This document shows, in pieces, positions 20,708-31,672 of a stretch of 64,000 nucleotides of DNA. Each line of letters starts with the position of its first letter. Positions within the stretch are counted from its first letter, which is position 1. The notes under the pieces are model-generated. The model made no database searches, was not told the origin of the DNA, and was given only the letters and a program-made list of their open reading frames with translations. The position numbers were made by a program, and so were the translations under genes. The DNA comes from Gammaproteobacteria bacterium (lineage in GTDB: Bacteria; Pseudomonadota; Gammaproteobacteria; Eutrophobiales; Eutrophobiaceae), in contig JANQNX010000016.1 in NCBI GenBank assembly GCA_028279365.1, positions 82,017 through 146,016 on the forward strand, in the 5' to 3' direction.

Positions 20708-21652
20708 ATGATAATGCCCGCTAAAAAACGATTACAACTTGGCTTGTCTGTTTTTTTACCGTTGTTACACAGCGTGAGTTTAGCTACTGACTTTAATATC
20801 ACCGAATTTCAGCCGGGCATATTTGTTCATCAAGGCCAGCATGTCAGCTTCGAACATGAAAATCGTGACGATATTGCCAACATTGGTTTTATCGAAGGTG
20901 ATGACTGTATCGCCGTGATTGATACTGGCGGCTCAATCGATATTGGCAAAAAACTAAAACACGCAATCGAAACCATTTCAAAAAAACCTGTCTGTTATGT
21001 GATCAATACGCACGTGCATTTCGATCATGTGTTGGGTAATTATGCATTTGTTAATAACGATACAAAATTTGTTGGTCACAAAATGCTGAAAGACGCCATG
21101 GTGGCTAGCACCGAGTTTTTTCTGGATGAATATGCCAATGAACTAGGTAGTAGCAAACAAACGGAAGATACAAAAAACTTAATCGTACTGCCTGATGTAT
21201 TAGTTGAAGACACACTTGAGATTGATCTTGGCAATCGCAAATTGACCTTAACTGCTCATAAAATAGCACATTCACGCAACGATCTAAGCATACTGGATCA
21301 ACAAACCGGGACATTATGGTTATCCGATCTATTGTTCGTGGATCGTATCCCGGCAATTGAAGGCAAGCTCAAAGGCTGGCTCAGCGTGCTTGATGAAATT
21401 AAGGCCTTGGAACCGAATCATGTCATTCCCGGCCATGGAAACCTGGCACTGTCGGTTGACAAGGCAATGGCGCTGCAACATGCCTATTTAATGGAGGTTC
21501 TCACCGAAACACGCAGCATGATCCAGGACGGCGCGTTCATGGAGGACGTCATTGATAAAGTCGGGCAGGAGACAAAAACACAATGGATTTTGCATGAACA
21601 ACATCATAAACGTAACATCAGCAATGCATTTGTTGAACTGGAGTGGGAGTAG
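20708..21652 (+). CDS. Secreted MBL-fold metallo-hydrolase
   Basis: Signal peptide. HVHFDH (HxHxDH) zinc motif plus downstream His/Asp ligands. Confidence 0.7.
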   Translation: MIMPAKKRLQLGLSVFLPLLHSVSLATDFNITEFQPGIFVHQGQHVSFEHENRDDIANIGFIEGDDCIAVIDTGGSIDIGKKLKHAIETISKKPVCYVINTHVHFDHVLGNYAFVNNDTKFVGHKMLKDAMVASTEFFLDEYANELGSSKQTEDTKNLIVLPDVLVEDTLEIDLGNRKLTLTAHKIAHSRNDLSILDQQTGTLWLSDLLFVDRIPAIEGKLKGWLSVLDEIKALEPNHVIPGHGNLALSVDKAMALQHAYLMEVLTETRSMIQDGAFMEDVIDKVGQETKTQWILHEQHHKRNISNAFVELEWE

Positions 21653-21690
21653 GTTTACCCTGCTATTAAACTAATACTGATCACAAACCT

Positions 21691-22029
21691 ATGCCAAATT
21701 ACGACTATTTTTGCGAAGCAAACGGTGAAACAGTAGAAGTCCACCATGACATTCACACCACGCTGAAGACCTGGGGGGAACTCTGTTTTGCTGCTCAACA
21801 TCCACTGGGTGAAACTGAATTTACCGCGCCGATCAGAAAAGTCATTCGACCAGTCGGTATTAATATCCCGATCAGCAACAGTCGATTAAAAGAAGTAGGA
21901 TTTACCAAATTGGTAAAACGTGACGACGGCGTTTACGAGAACGTGACTGCGCAGGATGGAGAAAAGAAATACATGCAGGCCGGTGATGCGACATCAGTCC
22001 CACATTTACATAAAAAGATTTCCAGCTAG
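21691..22029 (+). CDS. Hypothetical protein
   Basis: ORF only. Confidence 0.3.
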   Translation: MPNYDYFCEANGETVEVHHDIHTTLKTWGELCFAAQHPLGETEFTAPIRKVIRPVGINIPISNSRLKEVGFTKLVKRDDGVYENVTAQDGEKKYMQAGDATSVPHLHKKISS

Positions 22030-22079
22030 GCATTGCCTGACACTATGATCCTTGGAAACTTAACGTGAGGATTCGATAA

Positions 22080-22634
22080 ATGAGAGGACTTTTTTCAGCA
22101 CCTCTGATGATTCTATTACTCAGTGTGACTCAGTTAATCTACGCCGAAGATGAAAGCTATAAACAGGATACCGTCATCGATGATGCCGCCGAATTTTTTG
22201 GAACCGGCACAGAAGGCCTAGGCGAAGTGGTGGAAAAAATTTTTAAGGATCATGGGCAACCGAATGCCATTATCAAAGGCGAAGAAGCCAGCGGCGCATT
22301 AGGCGTCGGGGCACGCTATGGCAATGGCACATTAACAACAAAAGACGGTGTTAACACAGAAGTACATTGGACCGGTCCCTCCATTGGCTTTGATGCCGGT
22401 GCCAACGCTTCCAAGGTTTATGTATTGGTCTATCATCTGCCTAACACCGATGCGTTATTCCAGCGTTTCCCGGCGATAGATGGTAGCCTGTATTTTATTG
22501 GTGGTATCAGCGCTAATTATCATCAATCCGATAACATCATACTCGCACCAATGCGCCTTGGCGCAGGTTTAAGGGCCGGGGTCAATGTCGGCTATATGAA
22601 GTACACTCGGGAAAAAACCTGGAACCCATTCTGA
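22080..22634 (+). CDS. Secreted DUF1134-family protein
   Basis: Signal peptide. Gly-rich beta-rich sequence resembling DUF1134/EipA family. Confidence 0.45.
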   Translation: MRGLFSAPLMILLLSVTQLIYAEDESYKQDTVIDDAAEFFGTGTEGLGEVVEKIFKDHGQPNAIIKGEEASGALGVGARYGNGTLTTKDGVNTEVHWTGPSIGFDAGANASKVYVLVYHLPNTDALFQRFPAIDGSLYFIGGISANYHQSDNIILAPMRLGAGLRAGVNVGYMKYTREKTWNPF

Positions 22635-22796
22635 TCGATTAACAGAAAATTGACTTTTGCCAAAAAGCTGATCATTTCTCGGTCAGTGCAGAAGCAATTA
22701 CCTGGACAATTCCACAACAGTAGTCGTTTTGACTGCGCCAGATTTACCGAATTGCTAATATCCATCCAATATTAACCAGGTAATCGGTTTAGCCAC

Positions 22797-23702
22797 ATGA
22801 AATTATTTAAGATCAGTCTGGCATTATTAATTCTATCTGTCTCTTCAGGCACTAAAGCGTTTGACGCCTCATACAACCCTCCAGGTGATATCTACTTAAT
22901 GTTTGGCGCATTTCGCATGTATATCCAATGTGAGGGACAAGGTGATATCCCGGTCATTATTGAAACCGGTATTGGTGATACGCTTGCCAACTGGTTACCG
23001 GTCCAGGATAGCCTCGCCAAACATACCAAGGTATGTGTTTATGATCGGGCCGGCAATGGTTTAAGCGATCCCGGCCCGGGTCCAAGAACTGCCTCGCAGA
23101 TTAGCTACGAATTACACGCCTTATTGGAAAAAGCCAAGGTCAAAGGCCCTTATATTATTGTTGGCCATTCTTTTGGCGGTTATGTAGCACAATTTTTTGC
23201 ACGAGCTTATCCGGATGATACCGCAGGAGTGGTATTGGTTGATTCGTCTCATCCCGATCAGATTGAACGCCTCGCAGAACTGGACAAAATGCCGAATAAA
23301 CCGAAACAAAATGTCGGCGGCTATAAATTCGAGGATGAATCCTTACTCACTTATGATCAAAAATACTGGAAACATCTCAACGCACAACGAAAATCTGTCT
23401 GGACGCAAATGGATGAACTAGGCAGCTTCAAGGACAGTGCTAGAGAACTCAAGCGAATCAAACAAGCCTTACCACCAGTTCCCCTGGCGGTACTGACCAG
23501 AGGTATCAGCCAGTTACCTGACATCCCCGGCGTAAAGTCATTGGAAACAGAATGGCAAGAGATGCAAAAGGAACTGGCAACGCTTAACAACAAGGGATGG
23601 CAGGTGATAGTAGAAAACAGCGGCCACAGTATTCATCAAGAAGCACCAGAAGCAGTCATCGACAATACACTGAAGGTACTTGAAATCGCCAGCCGAAAGT
23701 AG
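22797..23702 (+). CDS. Secreted alpha/beta-hydrolase (lipase/esterase-like)
   Basis: Signal peptide. Nucleophile elbow GHSFGG. No CxxCH motifs, so it is not pufC. Confidence 0.7.
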   Translation: MKLFKISLALLILSVSSGTKAFDASYNPPGDIYLMFGAFRMYIQCEGQGDIPVIIETGIGDTLANWLPVQDSLAKHTKVCVYDRAGNGLSDPGPGPRTASQISYELHALLEKAKVKGPYIIVGHSFGGYVAQFFARAYPDDTAGVVLVDSSHPDQIERLAELDKMPNKPKQNVGGYKFEDESLLTYDQKYWKHLNAQRKSVWTQMDELGSFKDSARELKRIKQALPPVPLAVLTRGISQLPDIPGVKSLETEWQEMQKELATLNNKGWQVIVENSGHSIHQEAPEAVIDNTLKVLEIASRK

Positions 23703-23720
23703 CCGTTTTCAAAAATAAAA

Positions 23721-23750
23721 AACCTCCTGATAGCAACATCAGGAGGTTAA
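23721..23750. terminator. Bidirectional rho-independent terminator ending the puf operon (CCTCCTGAT-agcaac-ATCAGGAGG)
   Basis: Perfect 9-bp stem flanked by A-run and T-run. Lies between the convergent pufM and hydrolase genes. Confidence 0.8.
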
Positions 23751-23778
23751 TTTTATAGCTGATTATTTTAGAGAAGGA

Positions 23779-24705
23779 TTAACCCGGGTATCCCAGGCCG
23801 TGTTTCACACCCCAAACAAACCAGTTATCAACGACTGTACCTGACAACAGGATTCCAATACCGCCGGTTAAGGTACATAAAATGGCACACCACCATGCCC
23901 AACGGTGGATAGATTCCATGCTGGCATTAAAGCCCATCGTCCAACGCCAGAACAGTCCCGCTCTTTCCGATGCTGTACCTCGGTCAACGATTTGTTCAAC
24001 CTCTCTATCACCGCCATAACGACTGACGGCAAGAATGGTTGCCGCATGCATGGCAAACAACAAAACAGAGCCATACAAGAATGTAATTGAAAGCATATGG
24101 AATGGGTTATAGAACAAATTACCATGCCTGATAGAAAAGTAATTGGTCCAATCCAGATGAGAAAAAATACCAAACGGTACTGCCTCACTAAAACTTCCCA
24201 TCAATACCGGACGAATGAAACCCAATACCAGATACAGCCAAATGGCTGAAGCAAATGCCCAGGCAACATGGGTACCCATACCCAGAGTCTTGGCCCGGGT
24301 ATACATACGAACCCACCATAGCAATATCGACATTGTCAGAAAGAAACCGGCCATCAACCACCAACCGCCTTCATTCATCGGTGGCCAACTCAAACCATGT
24401 TCTGGTAAAGGTGGGTTCAATGAAAGCCAGGGCAATTGTCGAATAAACTCAACCGGATCCCAGCCAACCGAAGCCCACATATTAAGTCCGATTATTTCAA
24501 ACGCGATGAACCCGCAAATTAATGAAGCCAGTCCGGTAGTGCCCAGATAAATAGGCCCTATCTGAGCGTCCCCGATTTTACCCATCCAGTAGGAAAAGAA
24601 CGTCGAGTCTTTTAATCTATCCCAGATACTACCCTCGACCGCTACCCCTTCATAGGCAGGGCCATGGACCTGAACTTTCGAAAAAATATTTTGATATTCA
24701 ATCAT
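23779..24705 (-). CDS. pufM: Photosynthetic reaction centre subunit M
   Basis: N-terminus [16 protein letters not shown]. 5 TM helices. Conserved His ligands. Confidence 0.92.
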   Translation of the reverse strand: MIEYQNIFSKVQVHGPAYEGVAVEGSIWDRLKDSTFFSYWMGKIGDAQIGPIYLGTTGLASLICGFIAFEIIGLNMWASVGWDPVEFIRQLPWLSLNPPLPEHGLSWPPMNEGGWWLMAGFFLTMSILLWWVRMYTRAKTLGMGTHVAWAFASAIWLYLVLGFIRPVLMGSFSEAVPFGIFSHLDWTNYFSIRHGNLFYNPFHMLSITFLYGSVLLFAMHAATILAVSRYGGDREVEQIVDRGTASERAGLFWRWTMGFNASMESIHRWAWWCAILCTLTGGIGILLSGTVVDNWFVWGVKHGLGYPG

Positions 24706-24724
24706 TTTATTATCCTCCCCGTTC

Positions 24725-25549
24725 TTACCAAATTGGCAGATTCAACCAGTATTGATCCCACCATTCTGGCCAACCCCTGGTCCATAAGGTTCCTGAAATA
24801 ACAATACAGAGCGCACTAAAGAAACCGGCAGACAATGCCAAAAATAAACCTAAACGATGAATGCCGAGCGTGCCGATAGAATAAAAAATCGTATCTCTGA
24901 AAAACGTGTTCTCATGTTCCGCGCCTTTGACAACTTTGCCCTTACCAGGATTCACAGCGGAAAGTATCGCACCGCCATGCATTGCCAATGCTAACGTGGT
25001 AGCAAAGAATAAACTCGCTGCGATCATATGCACCGGATTGTAATGAAAGTTCACATAGGCATAACCGACTTCTCCCACCCAATCCAGGTGGCGCATGATC
25101 CCGTAGGGGAATGCGTATCCCCAGGCACCCATCCATATCGGTCGTATTACTTCAAGAGACAGATACGCGAGTATGGCAAAACTAAAGGCAAAGGGTACAT
25201 GCAAGCCGATTCCCAGCTTGCGACTTATCTCCACTTCCCTCAGTGCCCAGGAAACAAATGCCCCAGTCGCGCATATTGTGATTAATTGCCATAACCCGCC
25301 TTCATTCAGCGGGGCAAACGCCAGACCATAACTGACATCAGGCGGAGCAATATTAATTTGCCACAGATTCCATGTCGGTCCTTGTGAGGCACCCCAAATA
25401 ATCAAAACAGTACCGAGTACAGCAAAAAATATCGTACTGACTCCAAAGATACCGACGTAAAAAGGCCCTGCCCAAAAGTCGAAAAGATCTCCTCCTAGCA
25501 GTGTCCCTCCTCGAACCCGATACTTCCTTTCGAATGTCAACATAGCCAT
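24725..25549 (-). CDS. pufL: Photosynthetic reaction centre subunit L
   Basis: N-terminus [26 protein letters not shown], canonical for PufL. Confidence 0.92.
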   Translation of the reverse strand: MAMLTFERKYRVRGGTLLGGDLFDFWAGPFYVGIFGVSTIFFAVLGTVLIIWGASQGPTWNLWQINIAPPDVSYGLAFAPLNEGGLWQLITICATGAFVSWALREVEISRKLGIGLHVPFAFSFAILAYLSLEVIRPIWMGAWGYAFPYGIMRHLDWVGEVGYAYVNFHYNPVHMIAASLFFATTLALAMHGGAILSAVNPGKGKVVKGAEHENTFFRDTIFYSIGTLGIHRLGLFLALSAGFFSALCIVISGTLWTRGWPEWWDQYWLNLPIW

Positions 25550-25646
25550 AAGTATGCCCCTCTAAAAATATCTCATTTGAAAACTATTCGCCGCATAATT
25601 ACTGATTCCGAAAAACTCTCAAAATAAAAAATTCATTATTTAGATT

Positions 25647-25740
25647 GGTAAACGTCAGTTTTAAAAACCAACGTTTACCAACACTTCCTACAACAAAGGA
25701 AGGGTGCACCGGTACTTGTAATAAATTGCAAGTAACCGGT
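25647..25740 (-). promoter_or_regulatory. pufA-pufL intercistronic stem-loops (mRNA stability/processing element)
   Basis: Inverted repeats GGTAAACG...CGTTTACC (25647-25679) and ACCGGTACTTG...CAAGTAACCGGT (25708-25740) in the 210-nt pufA-pufL gap. Confidence 0.6.
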
Positions 25741-25760
25741 AACACCACTACCAGAGCACA

Positions 25761-25967
25761 TCACTTTCGCACTTGTGCAATTTGCATTTCATTGCTCAAG
25801 ACTGCGTTGTTCGCTGCCATTGATGTGTCTGCTCCTTCATTTAACCAGCTGCCATAACGTGGCGTACTAAGCTGGACAAAATGATTAATCATAACCATCA
25901 AGAATGCGAACAAGCCGATAGCAATTAATGCACGGCGAGGATCATAAAGCATCCATATTTTCCACAT
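25761..25967 (-). CDS. pufA: Light-harvesting complex 1 alpha subunit
   Basis: MWKIWMLYDPRRALIAIGLFAFLMVMINHF with the conserved His. ATG 25967 is preceded by a GGAGGG SD. ORF-track start 25982 is a TTG. Confidence 0.8.
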   Translation of the reverse strand: MWKIWMLYDPRRALIAIGLFAFLMVMINHFVQLSTPRYGSWLNEGADTSMAANNAVLSNEMQIAQVRK

Positions 25968-26008
25968 ATACAAGCCCTCCAATATTAATTAAGTCTGTTT
26001 AACACCCA

Positions 26009-26158
26009 TTAGAACCAGGGGCGCCAACTCCAGACAAGTAAATGAGCAACTAACGTAATGCCCACAAAGATTAAAAAGCTAGTAACGAAAGCTTTATGAA
26101 ACTCTTTTGCTTCATTGGCAGACAATCCTGACAATGAACCTCCAGTATCATTACTCAT
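26009..26158 (-). CDS. pufB: Light-harvesting complex 1 beta subunit (49 aa; not in ORF track because under 60 aa)
   Basis: Hand translation MSNDTGGSLSGLSANEAKEFHKAFVTSFLIFVGITLVAHLLVWSWRPWF. Carries the EAKEFH and HxxxW(x)RPW LH-beta signatures and an AGGAGG SD 9 nt upstream. Confidence 0.85.
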   Translation of the reverse strand: MSNDTGGSLSGLSANEAKEFHKAFVTSFLIFVGITLVAHLLVWSWRPWF

Positions 26159-26287
26159 TGGTAATAACCTCCTTTAAAAAACAGCCAAAATGGCCTTTAC
26201 CGTGAAAACCCTCACGGCAGGGTTGATTGGGCAACAACACCCAACCATTTTTTCACCCGAAACATCCGGATAAAAAAATCTCTTCTG

Positions 26288-26605
26288 CTATGCCATAAAA
26301 GCGAAAGGCACAATCGTATTTGCGGCCGCTTTCGCTTCACCTATGACAGAGCGTTTAACTGTTGTTCCGGTTATTTTGTTACGCCATTTGGTCGGGATAA
26401 TACGTCCGGCTAATGCGACCATCAGGAATAACATAAAGCAGACGACATACAGCAAACGAAACTGTCGTGCTTCCCGAATATTCACTTCATTTATCTGGCT
26501 ATGACTCATTGTTGTCATCGCTGAACCCTCCCCATCGAGGTATGTATTACTGGTATTGTTATGACAATTCTCTATCAATTCAGTGGAACTTAAGGTTGAA
26601 CTCAT
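26288..26605 (-). CDS. pufQ: PufQ-like small membrane protein (Bchl-biosynthesis/puf operon accessory)
   Basis: Position between bchZ and pufB as in the Rhodobacter pufQBALM operon. Single TM helix ([17 protein letters not shown]). 105 aa is longer than the classical 74-aa PufQ. Confidence 0.5.
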   Translation of the reverse strand: MSSTLSSTELIENCHNNTSNTYLDGEGSAMTTMSHSQINEVNIREARQFRLLYVVCFMLFLMVALAGRIIPTKWRNKITGTTVKRSVIGEAKAAANTIVPFAFMA

Positions 26606-28059
26606 GCTGCCTGCCCCTGTTTGAATGAACTTGAAATTTGCGCAACTCGTTCTGCGGTAATGCGTGTTTCACCTGCACTGCGTGCTTCCCGTTCAATGGC
26701 ATCACGCAAACGTTTTGCTGCCGAGATCCGAACCAGCACCGGCTGTGCTTCGATCACTTTCTCCAGTACCTGATTGGCATCAACATCCCATGGCAACTCT
26801 TCATGCAAACGGGATGGAGTCGCATCAACCTTATCAAGCTCGGTACCGAGTGGAAGAATATTGAACAAGGCGTCAAACAAGGCATTACAGACTTCCTGTA
26901 TCAAATAGGTTGCGCCGGCATAACCCATAAATGGCGTGCCGGTATGACGCCTGACAATGGCACCAGGAAGTGATGCCGGAATATACACTGCCTTGGAACC
27001 AATCTCGGCCAGGTACATACGCTCGTTGTAACTGCCGAACATGATCAGCGGCGTTTTTTCCTGGACTGCTTTTCTGACTGCATCGTTATCCGGCTTGACA
27101 CCAGAGCAACGCGAGAAAGAAAAATTGCAAGGTAAGCCCATCTCGGTTTCAAGAAAGTTCTTTAAACCACGGGTATAGGTTTCATTCGCAACCACCGCGA
27201 AACTGGCCGTACCAAAAAAGTCCTGAGTCACGGAACGCCATAGATCCCAAACCGGTTTGATAGTGGTATGTTTTTCCTGCTCAATAAATGGTTCAGGATC
27301 AAGTTCAAGCAACTCACCTAACTTGCGCAAGAATTTTGTTGTGCTGTGTAATCCTATCGGTGCCTGTAAATAGGGTTTATCTAATGACTCACATAACAAA
27401 CGGCCATACTCACGGTACATACAGACATTGACATCGGCATTTACCAGATTAGGAATATCGCTAATATGTGTACTCAACGGAAACACCATATTGATTTCAG
27501 CACCGATACCTTCGACTAAGCGCCGTATCTCTGCCAAGTCAGACCAGGTATTAAAATACCCGTAACTAGGACCAATAATATTGACTCGTGGCTTGTCATC
27601 GGCCGATCGTTTTTTCTCTTTCGGCAGCTTGCCGCGCTTCATTCCATACTCAGTCCACAACCAGTTCATCGCACGATTGGCACTTTGCCATTGATCTTCA
27701 TCAATGGTTCTTGGAAGAAAGCGTTTAATACCTGTACCTTCCGGTGTCACACCGCCACCAATCATCTCTGCAATCGAACCGGTAACAACAACACTCGGCA
27801 TATCCGGGTTCAGGGTTTGGTGCGCGCGCTTCATCGCGCCTTCCGTTCCATGTTGACCTAACTCTTCTTCTGCAAGTCCGGTTACCACAATGGGCAACTC
27901 GTGCGGAGGTAAGGCATCGGTGTAATGCAACACCGATGTCACCGGTAAGTTTTCACAACCGACGGGGCCATCGATAATGACTTGCAGCCCTTTGACTGAG
28001 GTAAACACATAAACAGAACCCCAATATCCCCCGGCGCGATCATGATCGATTACTAACAT
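26602..28059 (-). CDS. bchZ: Chlorophyllide a reductase subunit Z
   Basis: [39 protein letters not shown]; NifK/BchB-like. Confidence 0.9.
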   Translation of the reverse strand: MLVIDHDRAGGYWGSVYVFTSVKGLQVIIDGPVGCENLPVTSVLHYTDALPPHELPIVVTGLAEEELGQHGTEGAMKRAHQTLNPDMPSVVVTGSIAEMIGGGVTPEGTGIKRFLPRTIDEDQWQSANRAMNWLWTEYGMKRGKLPKEKKRSADDKPRVNIIGPSYGYFNTWSDLAEIRRLVEGIGAEINMVFPLSTHISDIPNLVNADVNVCMYREYGRLLCESLDKPYLQAPIGLHSTTKFLRKLGELLELDPEPFIEQEKHTTIKPVWDLWRSVTQDFFGTASFAVVANETYTRGLKNFLETEMGLPCNFSFSRCSGVKPDNDAVRKAVQEKTPLIMFGSYNERMYLAEIGSKAVYIPASLPGAIVRRHTGTPFMGYAGATYLIQEVCNALFDALFNILPLGTELDKVDATPSRLHEELPWDVDANQVLEKVIEAQPVLVRISAAKRLRDAIEREARSAGETRITAERVAQISSSFKQGQAA

Positions 28060-29675
28060 CAGCAGACGGCTCCCGGGACAGTAGTGGTTGATTTATTTTT
28101 GCTAGGCATAATCGAACGTTTCTTTGGTGCCGTAGGCATCTTTTCCCACACTCCGGCTTTATCACCGTTACCGACATCAGCAAAAAATTCTTTCATCGTG
28201 TCGAAGCGTTCTTTGTTTGCCAGGGCTGCATTAATAACTTGCGCTAACGAACCAGCACCGGCGGGCCCCATTAATGGCCTGGCCGAAATCAGGTTAGTGA
28301 AATACAAGGACGGAATCGCAAGCTCTTTGGCTTTTTGAACAACTGGTGTCGTACCAATCGCAAGATCGGGTTTTACATCCTGCATGGCTGCCAGGTCTTG
28401 TTCGAGTGAAGCACGATATTGAATATGCACACCCTTTGCCTCCAGCCACTCGCGATCCGGATCAGACCAGCGCGTTTTAGGACAGGCTGTACCGACGTAT
28501 GGCACCTCGGCGCCACTTTCAATCAGTAAACGCGCGACTAATAATTCTGATCCTTCATAACCGGTTAGGGTAATACGACCTTTAATTGGCATTGCCGCCA
28601 GGCTTTCAGAAATCGCCTTTAATAATGCATTTTTATTAGCGTCGACTTTTTTACGCGCAACGCCACAGGCTTCGCCTATCGCATCCAACCATGCAGCAGT
28701 TCCGTCATGCCCAACCGGTGCGGAACCGACGATGTTTCTACCAGCGGCTTCAAACTCTCGATATACACTGGTATAGAAAGGGTGAATTGCTGCTACCGCG
28801 TTACAGTCCAGTGCAGCATAAAGTTCTCGCCATTCACGGGTTGGTACAACTGGTCCGGTTGCCAATCCCATTGGTTGCAACATCATATTGATACCGATCG
28901 GATCAGCAGGAAACATCTCACCCACCAAGGTAACGGTATCTCTTTTTTCAGCTTGATCACGTGGCGCCATCACCGGCCCCTGCTCTGCTTCGGTGCGGGC
29001 ATAGTTCAGCATCGCTCCGGCTAACACATCTTTCGCTTCTGCATGCGTGGGAATACCAAAGCCAGGCACATCAATACCGATAATGCGCACACCGTTAATT
29101 TGTTTCGGTAATAATTTCAATGGCACACCAGATGCCGTCGGCACACATAGGTTGGTCACAACAATCGCATCATAATCCTGCGGATCGGCAAGTTTATAAA
29201 CTGCCTCGCGAATATCTTCGAACAATTTACCGGTGACCAGCGTTTCAGAATCGAACGGTACATAACCAACCGTTCTTCTTGCACCATAGAAATGCGAGGT
29301 AAACGTCAAGCCATAGACACAACAGGCAGAACCGGATAACACTGTGGCAGTTCGACGCATACGCAAGCCAACTCGAAGTGATCCAAAGGCTGGACACATA
29401 CTCTGTGGTTGGTCATGTGGGCCAGTCGGATAATCTTTAGCATACTGTTCAAGTGTCTCGCTCTTACCAGCTGCTGCGGCCGCTTCTCTCATCTTTTCAG
29501 CGCCACTGTGACAGCCAATGCCATCAGTCTGCGTAGCAGCAACATTAATGCTTTCGTCTGCGGTCTCTACTCTATTGTCAGTCTCGATATCCAAATTATT
29601 TCTTCTGTTATTAACGTTTAAACACTGTCGTAAATGACTTCGAGTGATGGTTTGTTTATTTCTGCCTTGCCACAC
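28059..29675 (-). CDS. bchY: Chlorophyllide a reductase subunit Y
   Basis: NifD/BchN-like with Cys cluster ligands. Position between bchX and bchZ. Start may be internal to the ORF. Confidence 0.9.
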   Translation of the reverse strand: MWQGRNKQTITRSHLRQCLNVNNRRNNLDIETDNRVETADESINVAATQTDGIGCHSGAEKMREAAAAAGKSETLEQYAKDYPTGPHDQPQSMCPAFGSLRVGLRMRRTATVLSGSACCVYGLTFTSHFYGARRTVGYVPFDSETLVTGKLFEDIREAVYKLADPQDYDAIVVTNLCVPTASGVPLKLLPKQINGVRIIGIDVPGFGIPTHAEAKDVLAGAMLNYARTEAEQGPVMAPRDQAEKRDTVTLVGEMFPADPIGINMMLQPMGLATGPVVPTREWRELYAALDCNAVAAIHPFYTSVYREFEAAGRNIVGSAPVGHDGTAAWLDAIGEACGVARKKVDANKNALLKAISESLAAMPIKGRITLTGYEGSELLVARLLIESGAEVPYVGTACPKTRWSDPDREWLEAKGVHIQYRASLEQDLAAMQDVKPDLAIGTTPVVQKAKELAIPSLYFTNLISARPLMGPAGAGSLAQVINAALANKERFDTMKEFFADVGNGDKAGVWEKMPTAPKKRSIMPSKNKSTTTVPGAVC

Positions 29676-30673
29676 ATGTCTTCCTGCGTTGCCGGCTCTA
29701 ATACAACGTCTCTACCCACATCTTCACCATTGAATAGATCAAGTAGTTCATCTTGCGATAAGGGGTTTGGTTGAACAGGCGGCGCACTGGTCACATTCTC
29801 AGACAGGCCTTCGAATAGTTCACCCCACTCACCACCAGGCTTACCAATGATTTCGTAGTTGGCACTCTTGCGACGAATATCTTCATCAGCCGGGATCGCT
29901 GCCAATACAGGGATACCAACAGCTTTGGCAAATGCAGTGGCTTCGCCAGTTCCGTCATCTTTGTTGATCACCATACCGGCAACACCAACATTGCCACCAA
30001 GCTTGCGAAAGTATTCCACTGCGGAACAGACGTTGTTGGCGACATATAGCGATTGCAGATCATTGGAACCAACCACAATCACTTTCTGACACATGTCACG
30101 TGCGATGGGTAAGCCAAAGCCACCACAAACCACGTCCCCCAGAAAATCCAGTAACACATAGTCAAAGTCCCAGTCATGAAAACCGAGTTTTTCCAATGTT
30201 TCAAAACCATGAATAATGCCGCGACCGCCGCAACCGCGTCCGACTTCAGGGCCACCTAACTCCATCGCATAAACACCATCGCGTTTGAAACAGACGTCAC
30301 CAATCTTGACTTCATCACCGGCTTCTTTTTTCTTTGAAGAGGTTTCAATAATCGCGGGACAGGCTTTGCCACCAAACAATAAAGAGGTGGTATCACTTTT
30401 GGGGTCACAACCTATTAATAAGGTTTTCTTGTTTTGTTGTGCCATCATGTAAGACAAATTGGACAGTGTGAAACTTTTGCCGATACCGCCCTTTCCATAA
30501 ATCGCGATAATCTGGGTTTCCTTGGTAGGTGCCGCAGTGGATACCGGATCCGGATCGATTGCCGCTTCAGCTCGAAGCGCTTCAGAATTTTTATATAGCT
30601 GTACCGGTTCAGCCGAAGTCGTTACACCAACAGTCATGAGCAATTTCTCCAATCCAGAATCATTTTCAAACAA
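29618..30673 (-). CDS. bchX: Chlorophyllide a reductase iron protein subunit X
   Basis: NifH-like. [20 protein letters not shown]-loop and CDPKSDTT motif. Confidence 0.9.
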   Translation of the reverse strand: MFENDSGLEKLLMTVGVTTSAEPVQLYKNSEALRAEAAIDPDPVSTAAPTKETQIIAIYGKGGIGKSFTLSNLSYMMAQQNKKTLLIGCDPKSDTTSLLFGGKACPAIIETSSKKKEAGDEVKIGDVCFKRDGVYAMELGGPEVGRGCGGRGIIHGFETLEKLGFHDWDFDYVLLDFLGDVVCGGFGLPIARDMCQKVIVVGSNDLQSLYVANNVCSAVEYFRKLGGNVGVAGMVINKDDGTGEATAFAKAVGIPVLAAIPADEDIRRKSANYEIIGKPGGEWGELFEGLSENVTSAPPVQPNPLSQDELLDLFNGEDVGRDVVLEPATQEDMCGKAEINKPSLEVIYDSV

Positions 30674-31575
30674 GCAGGATCGCTAAAGGCAGTTTCATAA
30701 GCACTGTCTGCCTCACTGGCTTGCTGACGATGTGTAATCAGATCAGCAAGTGATAATTTATTTGTGCTAATTAATTTATTAATGGCGGCGAGGTCAGCCG
30801 GCTGCCATTCGGCAGCGACACGCAATGTCACTTCTCGCATAAATGCAGGGGCAAACAAAAACGATAAGGCTTCAGAGTAAAAACCGGCGAGCACAATCTC
30901 GCCATTTTTCGCAAGGCGTCCGATAAGTTTATCCAATAAATTTGAGTCACCGCTGACGTCATAGATACGTTGATAGTCATGACGGTCATCGTCTGCGGGA
31001 TCAATGACATCGTAACCATACGCACCACTGCGTCTATCAGCGTTGGTCTCCCACACCACCGGCGCGCTATCACCGAGGCAGACAGCAATGCGTGCTAACA
31101 GGCGACCTAATACACCATGACCGATGATCAAATCCGGTTGTTTTTCAGGTTTGCCTTGACTGGCGTGATAGGCTGTTGCGGCTAGCGCAAGCAATACACC
31201 ATTTTCAGATAAGGAATCATCAATCGGAATTATGCGTTCTTGGGAGACTACAACTCTGGAAGCGGCACCGCCGAATAGACCGCGAACTTCCCCGTAACAA
31301 TTCGCGCCGGGAACAAATACCGTATCACCTACATTAAGTGTTTCGCTGTCACCTGCATCGGTGACGTGGCCCACTGATTCATATCCGGGAACCAGTGGAT
31401 AACCCATTCCGGGAAACGAGGGCATTTGTCCGAACCAGAGCAAGCGCTCGGTACCGGTACTGATTCCACTCCAGTCTATATCTACTGTCACATCCCCCTC
31501 TCCTGGTGGTACCAATTCCAGCTCTTTTAGCGCTATGCGCTCTGGCTGTTCGAGTACCACTGCTAATGTGTTCAT
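30634..31575 (-). CDS. bchC: 2-desacetyl-2-hydroxyethyl bacteriochlorophyllide a dehydrogenase
   Basis: MDR/zinc-ADH fold. Position upstream of bchXYZ. Confidence 0.85.
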   Translation of the reverse strand: MNTLAVVLEQPERIALKELELVPPGEGDVTVDIDWSGISTGTERLLWFGQMPSFPGMGYPLVPGYESVGHVTDAGDSETLNVGDTVFVPGANCYGEVRGLFGGAASRVVVSQERIIPIDDSLSENGVLLALAATAYHASQGKPEKQPDLIIGHGVLGRLLARIAVCLGDSAPVVWETNADRRSGAYGYDVIDPADDDRHDYQRIYDVSGDSNLLDKLIGRLAKNGEIVLAGFYSEALSFLFAPAFMREVTLRVAAEWQPADLAAINKLISTNKLSLADLITHRQQASEADSAYETAFSDPACLKMILDWRNCS

Positions 31576-31627
31576 TAACTAACCAACCATACTTCTATTT
31601 ATGTCAAAGATACTTGTCCACATAGTA

Positions 31628-31671
31628 TGTAAATTAAACCTTACAAATAAAGTTGTCAAGTAATATTTACA
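31628..31671. promoter_or_regulatory. Two TGT-N12-ACA palindromes (PpsR/CrtJ-type operator) upstream of bchC
   Basis: TGTAAATTAAACCTTACA (31628-31645) and TGTCAAGTAATATTTACA (31654-31671), 26 bp apart, in the crtF-bchC gap. Confidence 0.7.
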
Positions 31672-31672
31672 G

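Noticed and set aside
22797-23702. Possible pufC (RC cytochrome subunit) downstream of pufM
   Set aside because: It is on the opposite strand, has a GHSFGG alpha/beta-hydrolase elbow and no CxxCH heme-binding motifs. A terminator separates it from pufM.
25645-25857. 70-aa plus-strand ORF in the pufA-pufL spacer
   Set aside because: It overlaps the intercistronic hairpins and the pufA coding strand, has no RBS, and its content is explained by the structured RNA element.
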